A stretch of DNA of 64,000 bases from Squalus acanthias. Lineage: Eukaryota. The notes beneath the pieces were generated by a model. It was given only the letters and a program-made list of their open reading frames with translations. It searched no databases and was not told the origin of the DNA. How positions within the stretch are numbered: the stretch's first letter is position 1; every line of letters begins with the position of its first letter. The DNA lies in the NCBI GenBank assembly GCA_030390025.1, contig JASTWF010000349.1:248001-312000 (forward strand). Reading direction: 5' to 3'. A program made the translations under genes and the position numbers. Positions 42,165 to 57,100 of this stretch are shown in pieces.

Positions 42165-45100
42165 TTCAGTGCCTCTCCCCTCGTTTACCCTCAGTCCCTC
42201 TGCCCTCATTTACCCTTAGTCCCTCCCCGCTCTTTTACCGTCAGTCCCTCTCCCCTCATTTACCCTCAGTCCCTCTCCCCTCATTTACCCTCAGTCTCTC
42301 TCCCCTCATTTACCCTCAGTCTCTCTCCCCTCATTTACCCTCAGACCCTCTCTCCTCATTTACCTCAGTCCCTCTACACTCATTTACACTCAGTCGCTCT
42401 CCCCTCATTTACCCTCAGTCGCTTTCACCTCATTTACACTCAGTCGCTCTCCCCTCATTTACCCTCAGTCTCTCTCCCCTCATTTACCCTCAGTCCCTCT
42501 CCCCTCATATCCTCAGTCCCTCTCCCCTCATTAACCTCAGTCCCACTCCCCTCATTTCCTCAGTCTCTCTCCCCTCATTCACCCTCTGTCCCTCTCCCCT
42601 CATTTACCCTCAGTCCCTCTCCCATCATTTACCCTCAGTCTCTTTCACCTCATTCACTCTCAGTTCCTCTCCCCTCATTCACCATCAGTCCCTCTCCCCT
42701 CATTCACCCTCTGTCCCTCTCCCCCCATTCAACCTGTCTCTTTCCCCTCATTCACCCTCAGTCCCTCTCCCCTCATTTACCTCAGTCCCTCTCCCCTCAT
42801 TTACCTCAGTCCCCCTCCCCTCATTCACCCTCAGTCTCTTTCCCCTCATTAACCTGTCCCTCTCCCCTCATTCACCCTGTCTCTTTCCCCTCATTCACCC
42901 TCACTCCCTCATTCACCCTCAGTCCCTCTCCGCTCATTTAACTTCAGTCCCTCTCCCCTCATTTACCTCAGTCCCTCACCCCTCATGTACCCTCAGTCTC
43001 TCTCCCCTCATTAACCTCAGTCCCTCTCCCCTGATTAACCTCAGTCCCTCTCCCCTCATTTACTTCAGTCCCCTCCCCTCATTCACCCTCAGTCTCTTTC
43101 CCCTCATTCACCCTCTGTCCCTCTCCCCTCATTCACCCTGTCTCTTTCCCATCATTCACCCTCAGTCCCTCTCCCCTCATTAACCTCAGTCCCTCTCCCC
43201 TCATTTACTTCAGTCCCTCTCCCCTCATTCACCCTCAGTCTCTTTCCCCTCATTCACCCTCTGTCCCTCTCCCCTCATTCACCCTGTCTCTTTCCCATCA
43301 TTCACCCTCAGTCCCTCTCCCCTCATTTGCCTCAGTCCCTCTCCCCTCATTTTCCTCAGTCCCCCTCCCCTCATTTACCCTCAGTCTCTCTCCCCTCATT
43401 AACCTGTCCCTTTCCCCTTATTCACCTTGTCTCTTTCCCCTCATTCACCCTCTGTACCTCTCCCCTCATTCACCCTCAGTCCCTCATTCACTCTCAGTCC
43501 CTCTCCCCTCATTTACCCTCAGTCCCTCTTCGCTCATTTACCCTCAGTCCCTCTCCCCTCATTAACCTCAGTTCCTCTCCCCTCATTCACCCTCAGTCCC
43601 TCTTCGCTCATTTACCCTCAGGCCCTCTCCCCTCATTCACCCTCAGTCCCTCTCCCCTCATTTACCCTCAGCCCCTCTCCCCTCATTCACTCTCAGTCCC
43701 TCTCCCCTCATTTACCTCATTCCCTCTCCCCTCATTTACCCTCAGTCCCTCTCCCCTCATTTACCCTCAGCCCCTCTTCCCTCATTCACTCTCAGTCCCT
43801 CTCCCCTCATTTACCTCGTTCTCTCTCCCCTCATTTACCCTCAGTCCCTCTCCCCTCATTTACCCTCAGTCCCTCTCCCCTCATTTACCTAAGTCCCTCT
43901 CCACTCATTTACCCTCAGTCTCTCTCCCCTCATTAACCTCAGTCTCTCTCCCCTCGTTAACCTCAGTCACTCTCCCCTCATTAACCTCAGTCCCTCTCCC
44001 CTCATTTACAGCAGTCCGTCTCCCCTCATTTACCTCAGTCCCTGTCCCCTCATTCACCCTCAGTCTCTCTCCCCTCATTAACCTCAGCCCCTCTCCCGTC
44101 ATTTACCTCAGTCCCTCTCCCCTCATTTACCCTCAGTCCCTCTCCCCTCATTTCACTCAGTCCCACTCCCCTCATTTACCCTCAGTCTCTCTCCCCTCAT
44201 TAACCTCAGTCTCTCTCCCCTCATTAACCTCAGTCTCTCTCCCCAAATTAACCTCAGTCCCTCTCCCCTCATTAACCTCAGTCCCACTCCCCTCATTTAC
44301 GTCAGTCCCTCTCCCCTCATTTACCTCAGTCCCTGTCCCCTCATTCACCCTCAGTCTCTTTCCCCTCATTCACCCTCAGTCCCTCATTCACTCTCAGCCC
44401 CTCTCCCCTCATTCGCCCTCTGTCCCTCTCCCCTCATTCACCCTCAGTCCCTCTCCCCTCACTCACCCTCTGTCCCTCTCCCCACATTCACCCTCTGTCC
44501 CTCTCCCCTCATTCACCCTTAGTCCCTCATTCACCCTCTGTCCCTCTCCCCTCATTCACCCTCAGTCCCTCTCCCCTCATTTACCCTCAGTCCTTCTCCC
44601 CTCATTCACTCAGTCCCTCTCCCCTCATTCACCCTCAGTTCCTCTCCCCTCATTCACCCTCAGTCCCTCTCCCCTCATTTACCCTCAGTCTCTCTCCCCT
44701 CATTTACCCTCAGTCCCTCTCCCCTCATTTACCCTCAGTCCCTCTCCCATCATTTACCATCAGACACTCTCCCCTCCATCACCCTCAGTTCCTCTCCCCT
44801 CATTCACCCTCAGGCCCTCTCCCCTCATTCACTCTCAGTCCCTCTCCCCTCATTAACCTCAGTCCCTCTCCCCTCATTCACGCTCAGTCCCTCTCCCCTC
44901 ATTCACTCAGTCCCTCTCCCCTCATTCACCCTCAGTTCCTCTCCCCTTATTCACCCTCAGTCTCTCTCCGAACATTTACCCTCAGTCCCTCTCCCCTCAT
45001 TCACCCTCAGTCCCTCTCTGCTCATTTGCCCTCAGTCTCTCTCCCCTTATTCACTCTCAGTCCCTCTCCCCTCATTAACTTCAGTCCCTCTCCCCTCATT

Positions 45101-48100
45101 TACCCTCAGTTCCTCTCCCCTCATTAAGCTCAGTCTCTCTCCCCTCATTTCCTCAGTCTCTCTCCCCTCACTCACCCTCAGTCCCTCTCCCCTCATTTAC
45201 CTCAATCACTCTCCCATCATTTACCCTCAGTCTCTCTCCCCTCATTTACCTCAGTTCCTCTCCACTCATTCACTCTCAGCCCCTCTTCCCTCATTAACCA
45301 CAGTCGCTCTCCCCTCATTCACCCTCAGTCCCTCTCCGCTCATTTACTCTCAGTCCCTCTCCCCTCATTTACCCTCAGTCTCTCTCCCCTCATTAACTTC
45401 TGTCCCTCTCCCCTCATTAACCTCAGTCCCTCTCCCCTCATTTACCTCAGTCCCTCTCCCCTCATTCACCCTCAGTCTCTTTCCCCTCATTCACCCTCTG
45501 TCCCTCTTCCCTCATTCACCCTGTCTCTTTCCCCTCATTCACCCTCAGTCCCTCTCCCCTCATTTACCTCAGTCCCTCTCCCCACATTTACCCTCAGTCC
45601 CTCTCCCCTCATTTACCCTCAGTCCCTCTCCCCTCATTCACTCTCAGTCCCTCTCCCCTCATTCACTCTCAGTCACTCTCCCCTCATTTACCTCAGTCCG
45701 TCTCCCCTCATTTACCTCAGTCCCTCTCCCCTCATGTACCCTCAGTCTCTCTCCCCTCATTAACCTCAGTCCCTCTCCCCTCATTAACCTCAGTCCCTCT
45801 CCCCTCATTTACTTCAGTCCCTCTCCCCTCATTCACCCTCAGTCTCTTTCCCCTCATTCACCCTCTGTCCCTCTCCCCTCATTCACCCTGTCTCTTTCCC
45901 ATCATTCACCCTCAGTCCCTCTCCCCTCATTAACCTCAGTCCCTCTCCCCTCATTTACTTCAGTCCCTCTCCCCTCATTCACCCTCAGTCTCTTTCCCCT
46001 CATTCACCCTCTGTCCCTCTCCCCTCATTCACCCTGTCTCTTTCCCATCATTCACCCTCAGTCCCTCTCCCCTCATTTACCTCAGTCCCTCTCCCCTCAT
46101 TTACCTCAGTCCCCCTCCCCTCATTTACCCTCAGTCTCTCTCCCCTCATTAACCTGTCCCTCTCCCCTCATTCACCCTGTCTCTTTCCCCTCATTCACCC
46201 TCTGTCCCTCTCCCCTCATTCACCCTCAGTCCCTCATTCACTCTCAGTCCCTCTCCCCTCATTCACCCTCAGTCCCTCTCCGCTCATTTACCCTCAGTCT
46301 CTCTCCCCTCATTAACCTCAGTTCCTCTCCCCTCATTCACCCTCAGTCCCTCTTCGCTCATTTACCCTCAGTCCCTCTCCCCTCATTCACCCTCAGTCCC
46401 TCTCCCCTCATTTACCCTCAGTCCCTCTCCCCTCATTTATCCTCAGCCCCTCTCCCCTCATTCACTCTCAGTCCCTCTCCCCTGATTTACCTCATTCCCT
46501 CTCCCCTCATTTACACTCAGTCCCTCTCCCCTCATTTACCCTCAGCCCCTCTTCCCTCATTCACTCTCAGTCCCTCTCCCCTCATTTACCTCGTTCCCTC
46601 TCCCCTCATTTACCCTCAGTCCCTCTCCCCTCATTTACCCTCAGTCCCTCTCCCCTCATTTACCTCTTTCTCTCTCCCCTCGTTAACCTCAGTCCCTCTC
46701 CCCTCATTAACCTCATTCCTTCTACCCTCATTTACAGCAGTCCGTCTCCCCTCATTTACGTCAGTCCCTCTCCCCTCATTTACCTCAGTCCCTGTCCCCT
46801 CATTCACCCTCAGTCTCTTTCCCCTCATTCACCCTCAGTCCCTCATTCACTCTCAGCCCCTCTCCCCTCATTCGCCCTCTGTCCCTCTCCCCTCATTCAC
46901 CCTCAGTCCCTCTCCCCTCACTCACCCTCTGTCCCTCTCCCCACATTCACCCTCTGTCCCTCTCCCCTCATTCACCCTTAGTCCCTCATTCACCCTCTGT
47001 CCCTCTCCCCTCATTCACCCTCAGTCCCTCTCCCCTCATTTACCCTCAGTCCTTCTCCCCTCATTCACTCAGTCCCTCTCCCCTCATTCACCCTCAGTTC
47101 CTCTCCCCTCATTCACCCTCAGTCCCTCTCCCCTCATTTACCCTCAGTCTCTCTCCCCTCATTTACCCTCAGTCCCTCTCCCCTCATTTACCCTCAGTCC
47201 CTCTCCCCTCATTTACCATCAGACACTCTCCCCTCCATCACCCTCAGTTCCTCTCCCCTCATTCACCCTCAGGCCCTCTCCCCTCATTCACTCTCAGTCC
47301 CTCTCCCCTCATTAACCTCAGTCCCTCTCCCCTCATTCACGCTCAGTCCCTCTCCCCTCATTCACTCAGTCCCTCTCCCCTCATTCACCCTCAGTTCCTC
47401 TCCCCTTATTCACCCTCAGTCTCTCTCCGAACATTTACCCTCAGTCCCTCTCCCCTCATTCACCCTCAGTCCCTCTCTGCTCATTTGCCCTCAGTCTCTC
47501 TCCCCTTATTCACTCTCAGTCCCTCTCCCCTCATTAACTTCAGTCCCTCTCCCCTCATTTACCCTCAGTTCCTCTCCCCTCATTAAGCTCAGTCCCTCTC
47601 CCCTCATTTCGTCAGTCTCTCTCCCCTCACTCACCCTCAGTCCCTCTCCCCTCATTTACCTCAATCACTCTCCCATCATTTACCCTCAGTCTCTCTCCCC
47701 TCATTTACCTCAGTTCCTCTCCACTCATTCACTCTCAGTCCCTCTTCCCTCATTAACCACAGTCCCTCTCCCCTCATTCACCCTCAGTCCCTCTCCGCTC
47801 ATTTACTCTCAGTCCCTCTCCCCTCATTTACCCTCAGTCTCTCTCCCCTCATTCACCCTCAGTCCCTCTCCCCTCACTCACCCTCTGTCACTCTCCCCAC
47901 ATTCACCCTCTGTCCCTCACCCCTCATTCACCTTAGTCCCTCATTCACCCTCTGTCCCTCTCCCCTCATTCACCCTCAGTCCCTCTCCCCTCATTTACCC
48001 TCAGTCCTTCTCCCCTCATTCACTCAGTCCCTCTCCCCTCATTCACCCTCAGTCACTCTCCCCTCCATCACCCTCAGTTCCTCTCCCCTCATTCACCCTC

Positions 48101-51100
48101 AGGCACTCTCCCCTCATTCACTCTCAGTCCCTCTCCCCTCATTAACCTCAGTCCCTCTCCCCTCATTCACCCTCAATTCCTCTCCCCTTATTCACCCTCA
48201 GTCTCTCTCCGAACATTCACCCTCAGTCCTTCTCCCCTCATTCACCCTCAGTCCCTCTCTGCTCATTTGCCCTCAGTCTCTCTCCCCTTATTCACTCTCA
48301 GTGCCTCTCCCCTCATTAACTTCAGTCCCTCTCCCCTCATTTACCCTCAGTTCCTCTCCCCTCATTCACCCTCAGTCCCTCTCCCCTCATTTCCCCCAGT
48401 CCCTCTCCCCTCATTATGCTCAGTCCCTCTCCCCTCATTTCCTCAGTCTCTCTCCCCTCATTCACCCTCAGTCCCTCTCCCCTCATTTACCTCAGTCACT
48501 CTCCCATCATTTACCCTCAGTCTCTCTCCCCTCATTCACCCTCAGTCTCTCTCCCCTCATTCACTCTCATTCTCTCTCCCCTCATTTACCTCAGTTCCTC
48601 TCCACTCATTCACTCTCAGTCCCTCTTCCCTCATTAACCACAGTCCCTCTCCCCTCATTCACCCTCAGTCCCTCTCCGCTCATTTACTCTCAGTCCCTCT
48701 CCCCTCATTTACCCTCAGTCTCTCTCCCCTCATTAACCTCTGTCCCTCTCCCCTCAATAACCTCAGTCCCTCTCCCCTCATTTACCTCAGTCCCTCTCCC
48801 CTCATTCACCCTCAGTCTCTTTCCCCTCATTCACCCTCTGTCCCTCTTCCCTCATTCACCCTGTCTCTTTCCCCTCATTCACCCTCAGTCCCTCTCCCCT
48901 CATTTACCTCAGTCCCTCTCCCCTCATTTACCCTCAGTCCCTCTCCCCTCATTTACCCTCAGTCCCTCTCCCCTCATTCACTCTCAGTCCCTCTCCCCTC
49001 ATTCACTCTCAGTCACTCTCCCCTCATTTACCTCAGTCCGTCTCCCCTCATTTACCCTCATTCGCTCTCCCCTCATTCACTCTCAGTCTCTCTCCCCTCA
49101 TTCACCCTCTGTCCCTCTCCCCTCATTCACTCTCAGTCTCTCTCCCCTCATTCACCCTCTGTCCCTCTCCCCTCATTCACCCTCTGTCCCTCTCCCCTCA
49201 TTCACTCTCAGTCTCTCTCCCCTCATTCACCCTCTGTCCCTCTCCCCTCATTCACCCTCAGTCCCTCTCCGTTCATACAATCTCAGTCCCTCTCCCCTCA
49301 TTTACCTCAGTCCCTCTCCCCTCATTTACCCTCAGTCTCTCTCCCCTCATTCACTCTCAGTTCCTCTCCCCTCATTCACCCTCTGTCCCTCTCCCCTCAT
49401 TCACTCTCAGTCTCTCTCCCCTCATTCACCCTCTGTCCCTCTCCCCTCATTCACCCTCAGTCCCTCTCCGTTCATACAATCTCAGTCCCTCTCCCCTCAT
49501 TTACCTCAGTCCCTCTCCCCTCATTTACCCTCAGTCTCTCTCCCCTCATTCACTCTCAGTTCCTCTCCCCTCATTTACCCTCAGTCCCTCTCCCCTCATT
49601 TACCCTCAGTCCCTCTTCCCTCATTTACCCTCAGTCTCTTTCCCCTCATTTACCCTCAATCCGTCTCCCCTCATTTACATCAGTCCCTCTCCCCTCATTT
49701 ACCTCAGTCTCTCTCCCCTCATTAACCTGTCCCTCTCCCCTCATTCACCCTCTGTCCCTCTCCCCTCATTCACCCTCAGTCCTTCATTCACTCTCATTTC
49801 CTCTCCCCTCATTCACCCTCCGTCCCTCTCCCCTCATTCACCCTCTGTCCCTCTCCCCTCATTTACATCAGTCCTTCTCCCCTCATTTACCTCAGTCTCT
49901 CTCCCCTCATTCACCCTCAGTCCCTCTCCCCTCATTTACCTCAGTCACTCTCCCATCATTTACCCTGAGTCTCTCTCCCCTCATTCACCCTCAGTCCCTC
50001 TCCCCTCATTCACTCTCATTCTCACTCCCCTCATTTACCTCAGTTCCTCTCCACTCATTCACTCTCAGTCCCTCTTCCCTCATTAACCACAGTCCCTCTC
50101 CCCTCATTCACCCTCAGTCCCTCTCCGCTCATTTACTCTCAGTCCCTCTCCCCTCATTTACCCTCAGTCTCTCTCCCCTCATTAACCTCTGTCCCTCTCC
50201 CCTCAAGAACCTCAGTCCCTCTCCCCTCATTTACCTCAGTCCCTCTCCCCTCATTCACCCTCAGTCTCTTTCCCCTCATTCACCCTCTGTCCCTCTTCCC
50301 TCATTCACCCTGTCTCTTTCCCCTCATTCACCCTCAGTCCCTCTCCCCTCATTTACCTCAGTCCCTCTCCCCTCATTTACCCTCAGTCCCTCTCCCCTCA
50401 TTTACCCTCAGTCCCTCTCCCCTCATTCACTCTCAGTCCCTCTCCCCTCATTCACTCTCAGTCACTCTCCCCTCATTTACCTCAGTCCGTCTCCCCTCAT
50501 TTACCCTCATTCGCTCTCCCCTCATTCACTCTCAGTCTCTCTCCCCTCATTCACCCTCTGTCCCTCTCCCCTCATTCACTCTCAGTCTCTCTCCTCTCAT
50601 TCACCCTCTGTCCCTCTCCCCTCATTCACCCTCTGTCCCTCTCCCCTCATTCACTCTCAGTCTCTCTCCCCTCATTCACCCTCTGTCCCTCTCCCCTCAT
50701 TCACCCTCAGTCCCTCTCCGTTCATACAATCTCAGTCCCTCTCCCCTCATTTACCTCAGTCCCTCTCCCCTCATTTACCCTCAGTCTCTCTCCCCTCATT
50801 CACTCTCAGTTCCTGTCCCCTCATTTACCCTCAGTCCCTCTCCCCTCATTTACCCTCAGTCCCTCTTCCCTCATTTACCCTCAGTCTCTTTCCCCTCATT
50901 TACCCTCAATCCCTCTCCCCTCATTTACATCAGTCCCTCTCCCCTCATTTACCTCAGTCTCTCTCCCCTCATTAACCTGTCCCTCTCCCCTCATTCACCC
51001 TCTGTCCCTCTCCCCTCATTCACCCTCAGTCCTTCATTCACTCTCATTTCCTCTCCCCTCATTTACCCTCCGTCCCTCTCCCCTCATTCACCCTCTGTCC

Positions 51101-54100
51101 CTCTCCCCTCATTTACATCAGTCCTTCTCCCCTCATTTACCTCAGTCTCTCTCCCCTCATTTACCTCAGTCCCTCTCGCCTCATTCAACCTCAGTCTCTT
51201 TCCCCTCATTCACCCTCTGTCCCTCTCCCCTCATTCACTCTCAGTCCCTCTCCCCTCATTCACCCTCTGTACCTCTCCCCTCATTAACCCTCAGTCCCTC
51301 TCTGCTCATTTACTCTCAGTCCCTCTCCCCTCATTTACCCTCAGTCTCTCTCCCCTCATTAACCTCTGTCCCTCTCCCCTCATTAACCTCAGTCCCTCTC
51401 CCCTCATTTACCTCAGTCCCTCTCCCCTCATTCACCCTCAGTCTCATTCCCCTCATTCACCCTCTGTCCCTCTTCCCTCATTCACCCTGTCTCTTTCCCC
51501 TCATTCACCCTCAGTCCCTCTCCCCTCATTTACCTCAGTCCCTCTCCCCTCATTTACCCTCAGTCCCTCTCCCCTCATTCACTCTCAGTCCCTCTCCCCT
51601 CATTCACTCTCAGTCACTCTCCCCTCATTTACCTCAGTCCGTCTCCCCTCATTTACCCTCATTCGCTCTCCCCTCATTCACTCTCAGTCTCTCTCCCCTC
51701 ATTCACCCTCTGTCCCTCTCCCCTCATTCACTCTCAGTCTCTCTCCCCTCATTCACCCTCTGTCCCTCTCCCCTCATTCACCCTCTGTCCCTCTCCCCTC
51801 ATTCACTCTCAGTCTCTCTCCCCTCATTCACCCTCTGTCCCTCTCCCCTCATTCACCCTCAGTCCCTCTCCGTTCATACAATCTCAGTCCCTCTCCCCTC
51901 ATTTACCTCAGTCCCTCTCCCCTCATTTACCCTCAGTCTCTCTCCCCTCATTCACTCTCAGTTCCTCTCCCCTCATTCACCCTCTGTCCCTCTCCCCTCA
52001 TTCACTCTCAGTCTCTCTCCCCTCATTCACCCTCTGTCCCTCTCCCCTCATTCACCCTCAGTCCCTCTCCGTTCATACAATCTCAGTCCCTCTCCCCTCA
52101 TTTACCTCAGTCCCTCTCCCCTCATTTACCCTCAGTCTCTCTCCCCTCATTCACCCTCTGTCCCTCTCCCCTCATTCACCCTCTGTCCCTCTCCCCTCAT
52201 TCACTCTCAGTCTCTCTCCCCTCATTCACCCTCTGTTGCTCTCCCCTCATTCACCCTCAGTCCCTCTCCGTTCATACAATCTCAGTCCCTCTCCCCTCAT
52301 TTACCTCAGTCCCTCTCCCCTCATTTACCCTCAGTCTCTCTCCCCTCATTCACTCTCAGTTCCTCTCCCCTCATTTACCCTCAGTCCCTCTCCCCTCATT
52401 TACCCTCAGTCCCTCTTCCCTCATTTACCCTCAGTCTCTTTCCCCTCATTTACCCTCAATCCGTCTCCCCTCATTTACATCAGTCCCTCTCCCCTCATTT
52501 ACCTCAGTCTCTCTCCCCTCATTAACCTGTCCCTCTCCCCTCATTCACCCTCTGTCCCTCTCCCCTCATTCACCCTCAGTCCTTCATTCACTCTCATTTC
52601 CTCTCCCCTCATTCACCCTCCGTCCCTCTCCCCTCATTCACCCTCTGTCCCTCTCCCCTCATTTACATCAGTCCTTCTCCCCTCATTTACCTCAGTCTCT
52701 CTCCCCTCATTCACCCTCAGTCCCTCTCCCCTCATTTACCTCAGTCACTCTCCCATCATTTACCCTCAGTCTCTCTCCCCTCATTCACCCTCAGTCCCTC
52801 TCCCCTCATTCACTCTCATTCTCACTCCCCTCATTTACCTCAGTTCCTCTCCACTCATTCACTCTCAGTCCCTCTTCCCTCATTAACCACAGTCCCTCTC
52901 CCCTCATTCACCCTCAGTCCCTCTCCGCTCATTTACTCTCAGTCCCTCTCCCTCATTTACCCTCAGTCTCTCTCCCCTCATTAACCTCTGTCCCTCTCCC
53001 CTCAAGAACCTCAGTCCCTCTCCCCTCATTTACCTCAGTCCCTCTCCCCTCATTCACCCTCAGTCTCTTTCCCCTCATTCACCCTCTGTCCCTCTTCCCT
53101 CATTCACCCTGTCTCTTTCCCCTCATTCACCCTCAGTCCCTCTCCCCTCATTTACCTCAGTCCCTCTCCCCTCATTTACCCTCAGTCCCTCTCCCCTCAT
53201 TTACCCTCAGTCCCTCTCCCCTCATTCACTCTCAGTCCCTCTCCCCTCATTCACTCTCAGTCACTCTCCCCTCATTTACCTCAGTCCGTCTCCCCTCATT
53301 TACCCTCATTCGCTCTCCCCTCATTCACTCTCAGTCTCTCTCCCCTCATTCACCCTCTGTCCCTCTCCCCTCATTCACTCTCAGTCTCTCTCCCCTCATT
53401 CACCCTCTGTCCCTCTCCCCTCATTCACCCTCTGTCCCTCTCCCCTCATTCACTCTCAGTCTCTCTCCCCTCATTCACCCTCTGTCCCTCTCCCCTCATT
53501 CACCCTCAGTCCCTCTCCGTTCATACAATCTCAGTCCCTCTCCCCTCATTTACCTCAGTCCCTCTCCCCTCATTTACCCTCAGTCTCTCTCCCCTCATTC
53601 ACTCTCAGTTCCTGTCCCCTCATTTACCCTCAGTCCCTCTCCCCTCATTTACCCTCAGTCCCTCTTCCCTCATTTACCCTCAGTCTCTTTCCCCTCATTT
53701 ACCCTCAATCCCTCTCCCCTCATTTACATCAGTCCCTCTCCCCTCATTTACCTCAGTCTCTCTCCCCTCATTAACCTGTCCCTCTCCCCTCATTCACCCT
53801 CTGTCCCTCTCCCCTCATTCACCCTCAGTCCTTCATTCACTCTCATTTCCTCTCCCCTCATTTACCCTCCGTCCCTCTCCCCTCATTCACCCTCTGTCCC
53901 TCTCCCCTCATTTACATCAGTCCTTCTCCCCTCATTTACCTCAGTCTCTCTCCCCTCATTTACCTCAGTCCCTCTCGCCTCATTCAACCTCAGTCTCTTT
54001 CCCCTCATTCACCCTCTGTCCCTCTCCCCTCATTCACTCTCAGTCCCTCTCCCCTCATTCACCCTCTGTACCTCTCCCCTCATTAACCCTCAGTCCCTCT

Positions 54101-57100
54101 CTGCTCATTTACTCTCAGTCCCTCTCCCCTCATTTACCCTCAGTCTCTCTCCCCTCATTAACCTCTGTCCCTCTCCCCTCATTAACCTCAGTCCCTCTCC
54201 CCTCATTTACCTCAGTCCCTCTCCCCTCATTCACCCTCAGTCTCATTCCCCTCATTCACCCTCTGTCCCTCTTCCCTCATTCACCCTGTCTCTTTCCCCT
54301 CATTCACCCTCAGTCCCTCTCCCCTCATTTACCTCAGTCCCTCTCCCCTCATTTACCCTCAGTCCCTCTCCCCTCATTCACTCTCAGTCCCTCTCCCCTC
54401 ATTCACTCTCAGTCACTCTCCCCTCATTTACCTCAGTCCGACTCCCCTCATTTACCCTCATTCCCTCTCCCCTCATTCACTCTCAGTCTCTCTCCCCTCA
54501 TTCACCCTCTGTCCCTCTCCCCTCATTCACTCTCAGTCTCTCTCCCCTCATTCACCCTCTGTCCCTCCCTCATCACCTCTGTCCCTCTCCCTCATTCACT
54601 CTCAGTCTCTCTCCCCTCATTCACCCTCTGTCCCTCTCCCCTCATTCAACCTCAGTCCCTCTCCGTTCATACAATCTCAGCTCCCTCTCCCCTCATTTAC
54701 CCTCAGTCTCTCTCCCCTCATTCACTCTCAGTTCCTCTCCCCTCATTTACCCTCAGTCCCTCTCCCCTCATTTACCCTCAGTCTCGCTCCCCACATTCAC
54801 TCTCAGTCCCTCTCCCCTCATTTACCTCAGTCCCTCTCCCCTCATTTACCCTCAGTCCCTCTTCCCTCATTTACCCTCAGTCTCTTTCCCCTCATTTACC
54901 GTCAGTCCCTCTCCCCTCATTTACATCAGTCCCTCTCCCCTCATTCACTCTCAGTCCCTCTCCCCTCTTTCACCCTCTGTACCTCTCCCCTCATTCACCC
55001 TCAGTCCCTCTCCGCTCATTTACTCTCAGTCCCTCTCCCCTCGTTAACCTCAGTCCCTCTCCCCTCATTTACCTCAGTCCCTCTCGCCTCATTCACCCTC
55101 TGTCTCTTTCACCTCATTCACCCTCTGTCCCTCTCCCCTCATTCACCCTGTCTCTTTCCCGTCATTCACCCTCAGTCCCACTCCCCTCATTTACCTCAAT
55201 CCCTCTCCCCTCATTTACCCTCAGTCCCTCTCCCCTCATTCACTCTCAGTCCCTCTCCCCTCATTCACTCTCAGTCCCTCTCCCCTCATTTACCTCAGTC
55301 CCTCTCCCCTCATTTACCCTCAGTCCCTCTCCCCTCATTTACCCTCATTCCCTCTCCCCTCATTCACTCTCAGTCTCTCTCCCCTCATTCACCCTCTGTC
55401 CCTCTCCCCTCATTCACTCTCAGTCTCTCTCCCATCATTCACCCTCTGTCCCTCTCCCCTCATTCACTCTCAGTCTCTCTCCCCTCATTCACCCTCTGTC
55501 TCTCTCCCCTCATTCACTCTCTGTCCCTCTCCCCTCATTTACCTCAGTCCCTCTCCCCTCATTTACCCTCAGTCCCTCTCCCCTCATTTACCCTCAGTCT
55601 CTCTCCCCTCATTCACTCTCAGTCCCTCTCCCCTCATTTACCTCAGTCCCTCTCCCCTCATTTCCTCATTCCCTCTCCCCTCATTAACCTCAGTCCCTCT
55701 CCCCTCATTCACTCTCAGTACCTTTCCTCTCATTTACCCTCAGTCCCTCTCCCCTCATTTACCCTCAGTCTCTCTCCCCTCATTTACCCTCAGTCCCTCT
55801 CCCATCATTTACCCTCAGTCTCTCTCCCCTCATTCACTCTCAGATCCTCTCCCCTCATTTACCCTCAGTCCCTCTCCCCTCATTTACCCTCAGTCTCTCT
55901 CCCCTCATTCACTCTCAGGCCCTCTCCCCTCATTTACCTCAGTCCCTTTCCCCTCATTTACCCTCAGTCGCTCTCCCATCATTTACCCTCAGTCTCTTTC
56001 ACCTCATTCACCCTCAGTCCCTCTCCCCTCATTTACGTCACGCCCTCTCCCCTCATTTAGCTCAGTCTCTCTCCCCTCATTAACCTGTCACTCTCACCTC
56101 ATTTCCTCAGTCCCTCTCCCCTCATTCACCCTCAGTCTCTCTCCCCTCATTTCCTCAGTCTCTCTCCCCTCATTCGCCCTCAGTCCCTCTCCCCTCATTT
56201 ACCTCAGTCCCTCTCCCCTCATTTCCCCTCAGTCCCACTCACCTCATTCACTCTCAGTCTCTCTCCCCTCATTCACCCTCAGTCCCTCTCCCCTCATTCA
56301 CTCTCAGTCTCTCTCCCCTCATTCCCCCTCAGTCCTTCTCCTTTCATTCACTATCAGTCTCTCTCCCCTCATTCACCCTCAGTCCCTCTCCCCTCATTCA
56401 CTCTCAGTCTCTCTCCCCTCATTCACTCTCAGTCCCTCTCCCCTCATTAACCTCAGTCCCTCTCCCCTCATTCACCCTCAGTCCCTCTACCCTCATTCAC
56501 CCTCAGTTCCTCTCCGCTCTTTCACTCTCAGTCCCTCTCCGCTCATTTACTCTCAGTCCCTCTCCGCTCATTTACTCTCAGTCCCTCTACCCTCATTTAC
56601 TTCAGTCCCTCTCCCCTCATTTACCTCAGTCCATCTCCCCTCATTTACCCTCAGTCTCTCTCCCCTCATTAACCTCAGTCCCTCTCCCCTCATTAACCTC
56701 AGTCCCTCTCCCCTCATTCACTCTCAGTCTCTCTCCCCTCATTCACCCTCAGTCTCTCTCCCCTCATTTACCTCAGTTCCTCTCCCCTCATTTACCCTCA
56801 GTCCCACTCCCCTCATTCACTCTCAGTCTCTCTCCTCTCATTCACTCTCAGTCTCTCTCCCCTCATTAACCCTCAGTCCCTCTCCCCTCATTCACCCTCA
56901 GTCCCTCTCCGCTCATTTACCCTCAGTCCCTCACACCTCATTCACTCTCAGTCCCTCTCCCCTCATTAACCTCAGTTGCTCTCCCCTCATTCACCCTCAG
57001 TCCCTCTCCCCTCATTCCCTCTCAGTCCCTCTCCCCTCATTTACCTCAGTCCCTCTCCCCTCATTTACCTCAGTCCCTCTCCCCTCATATACCCTCACTC

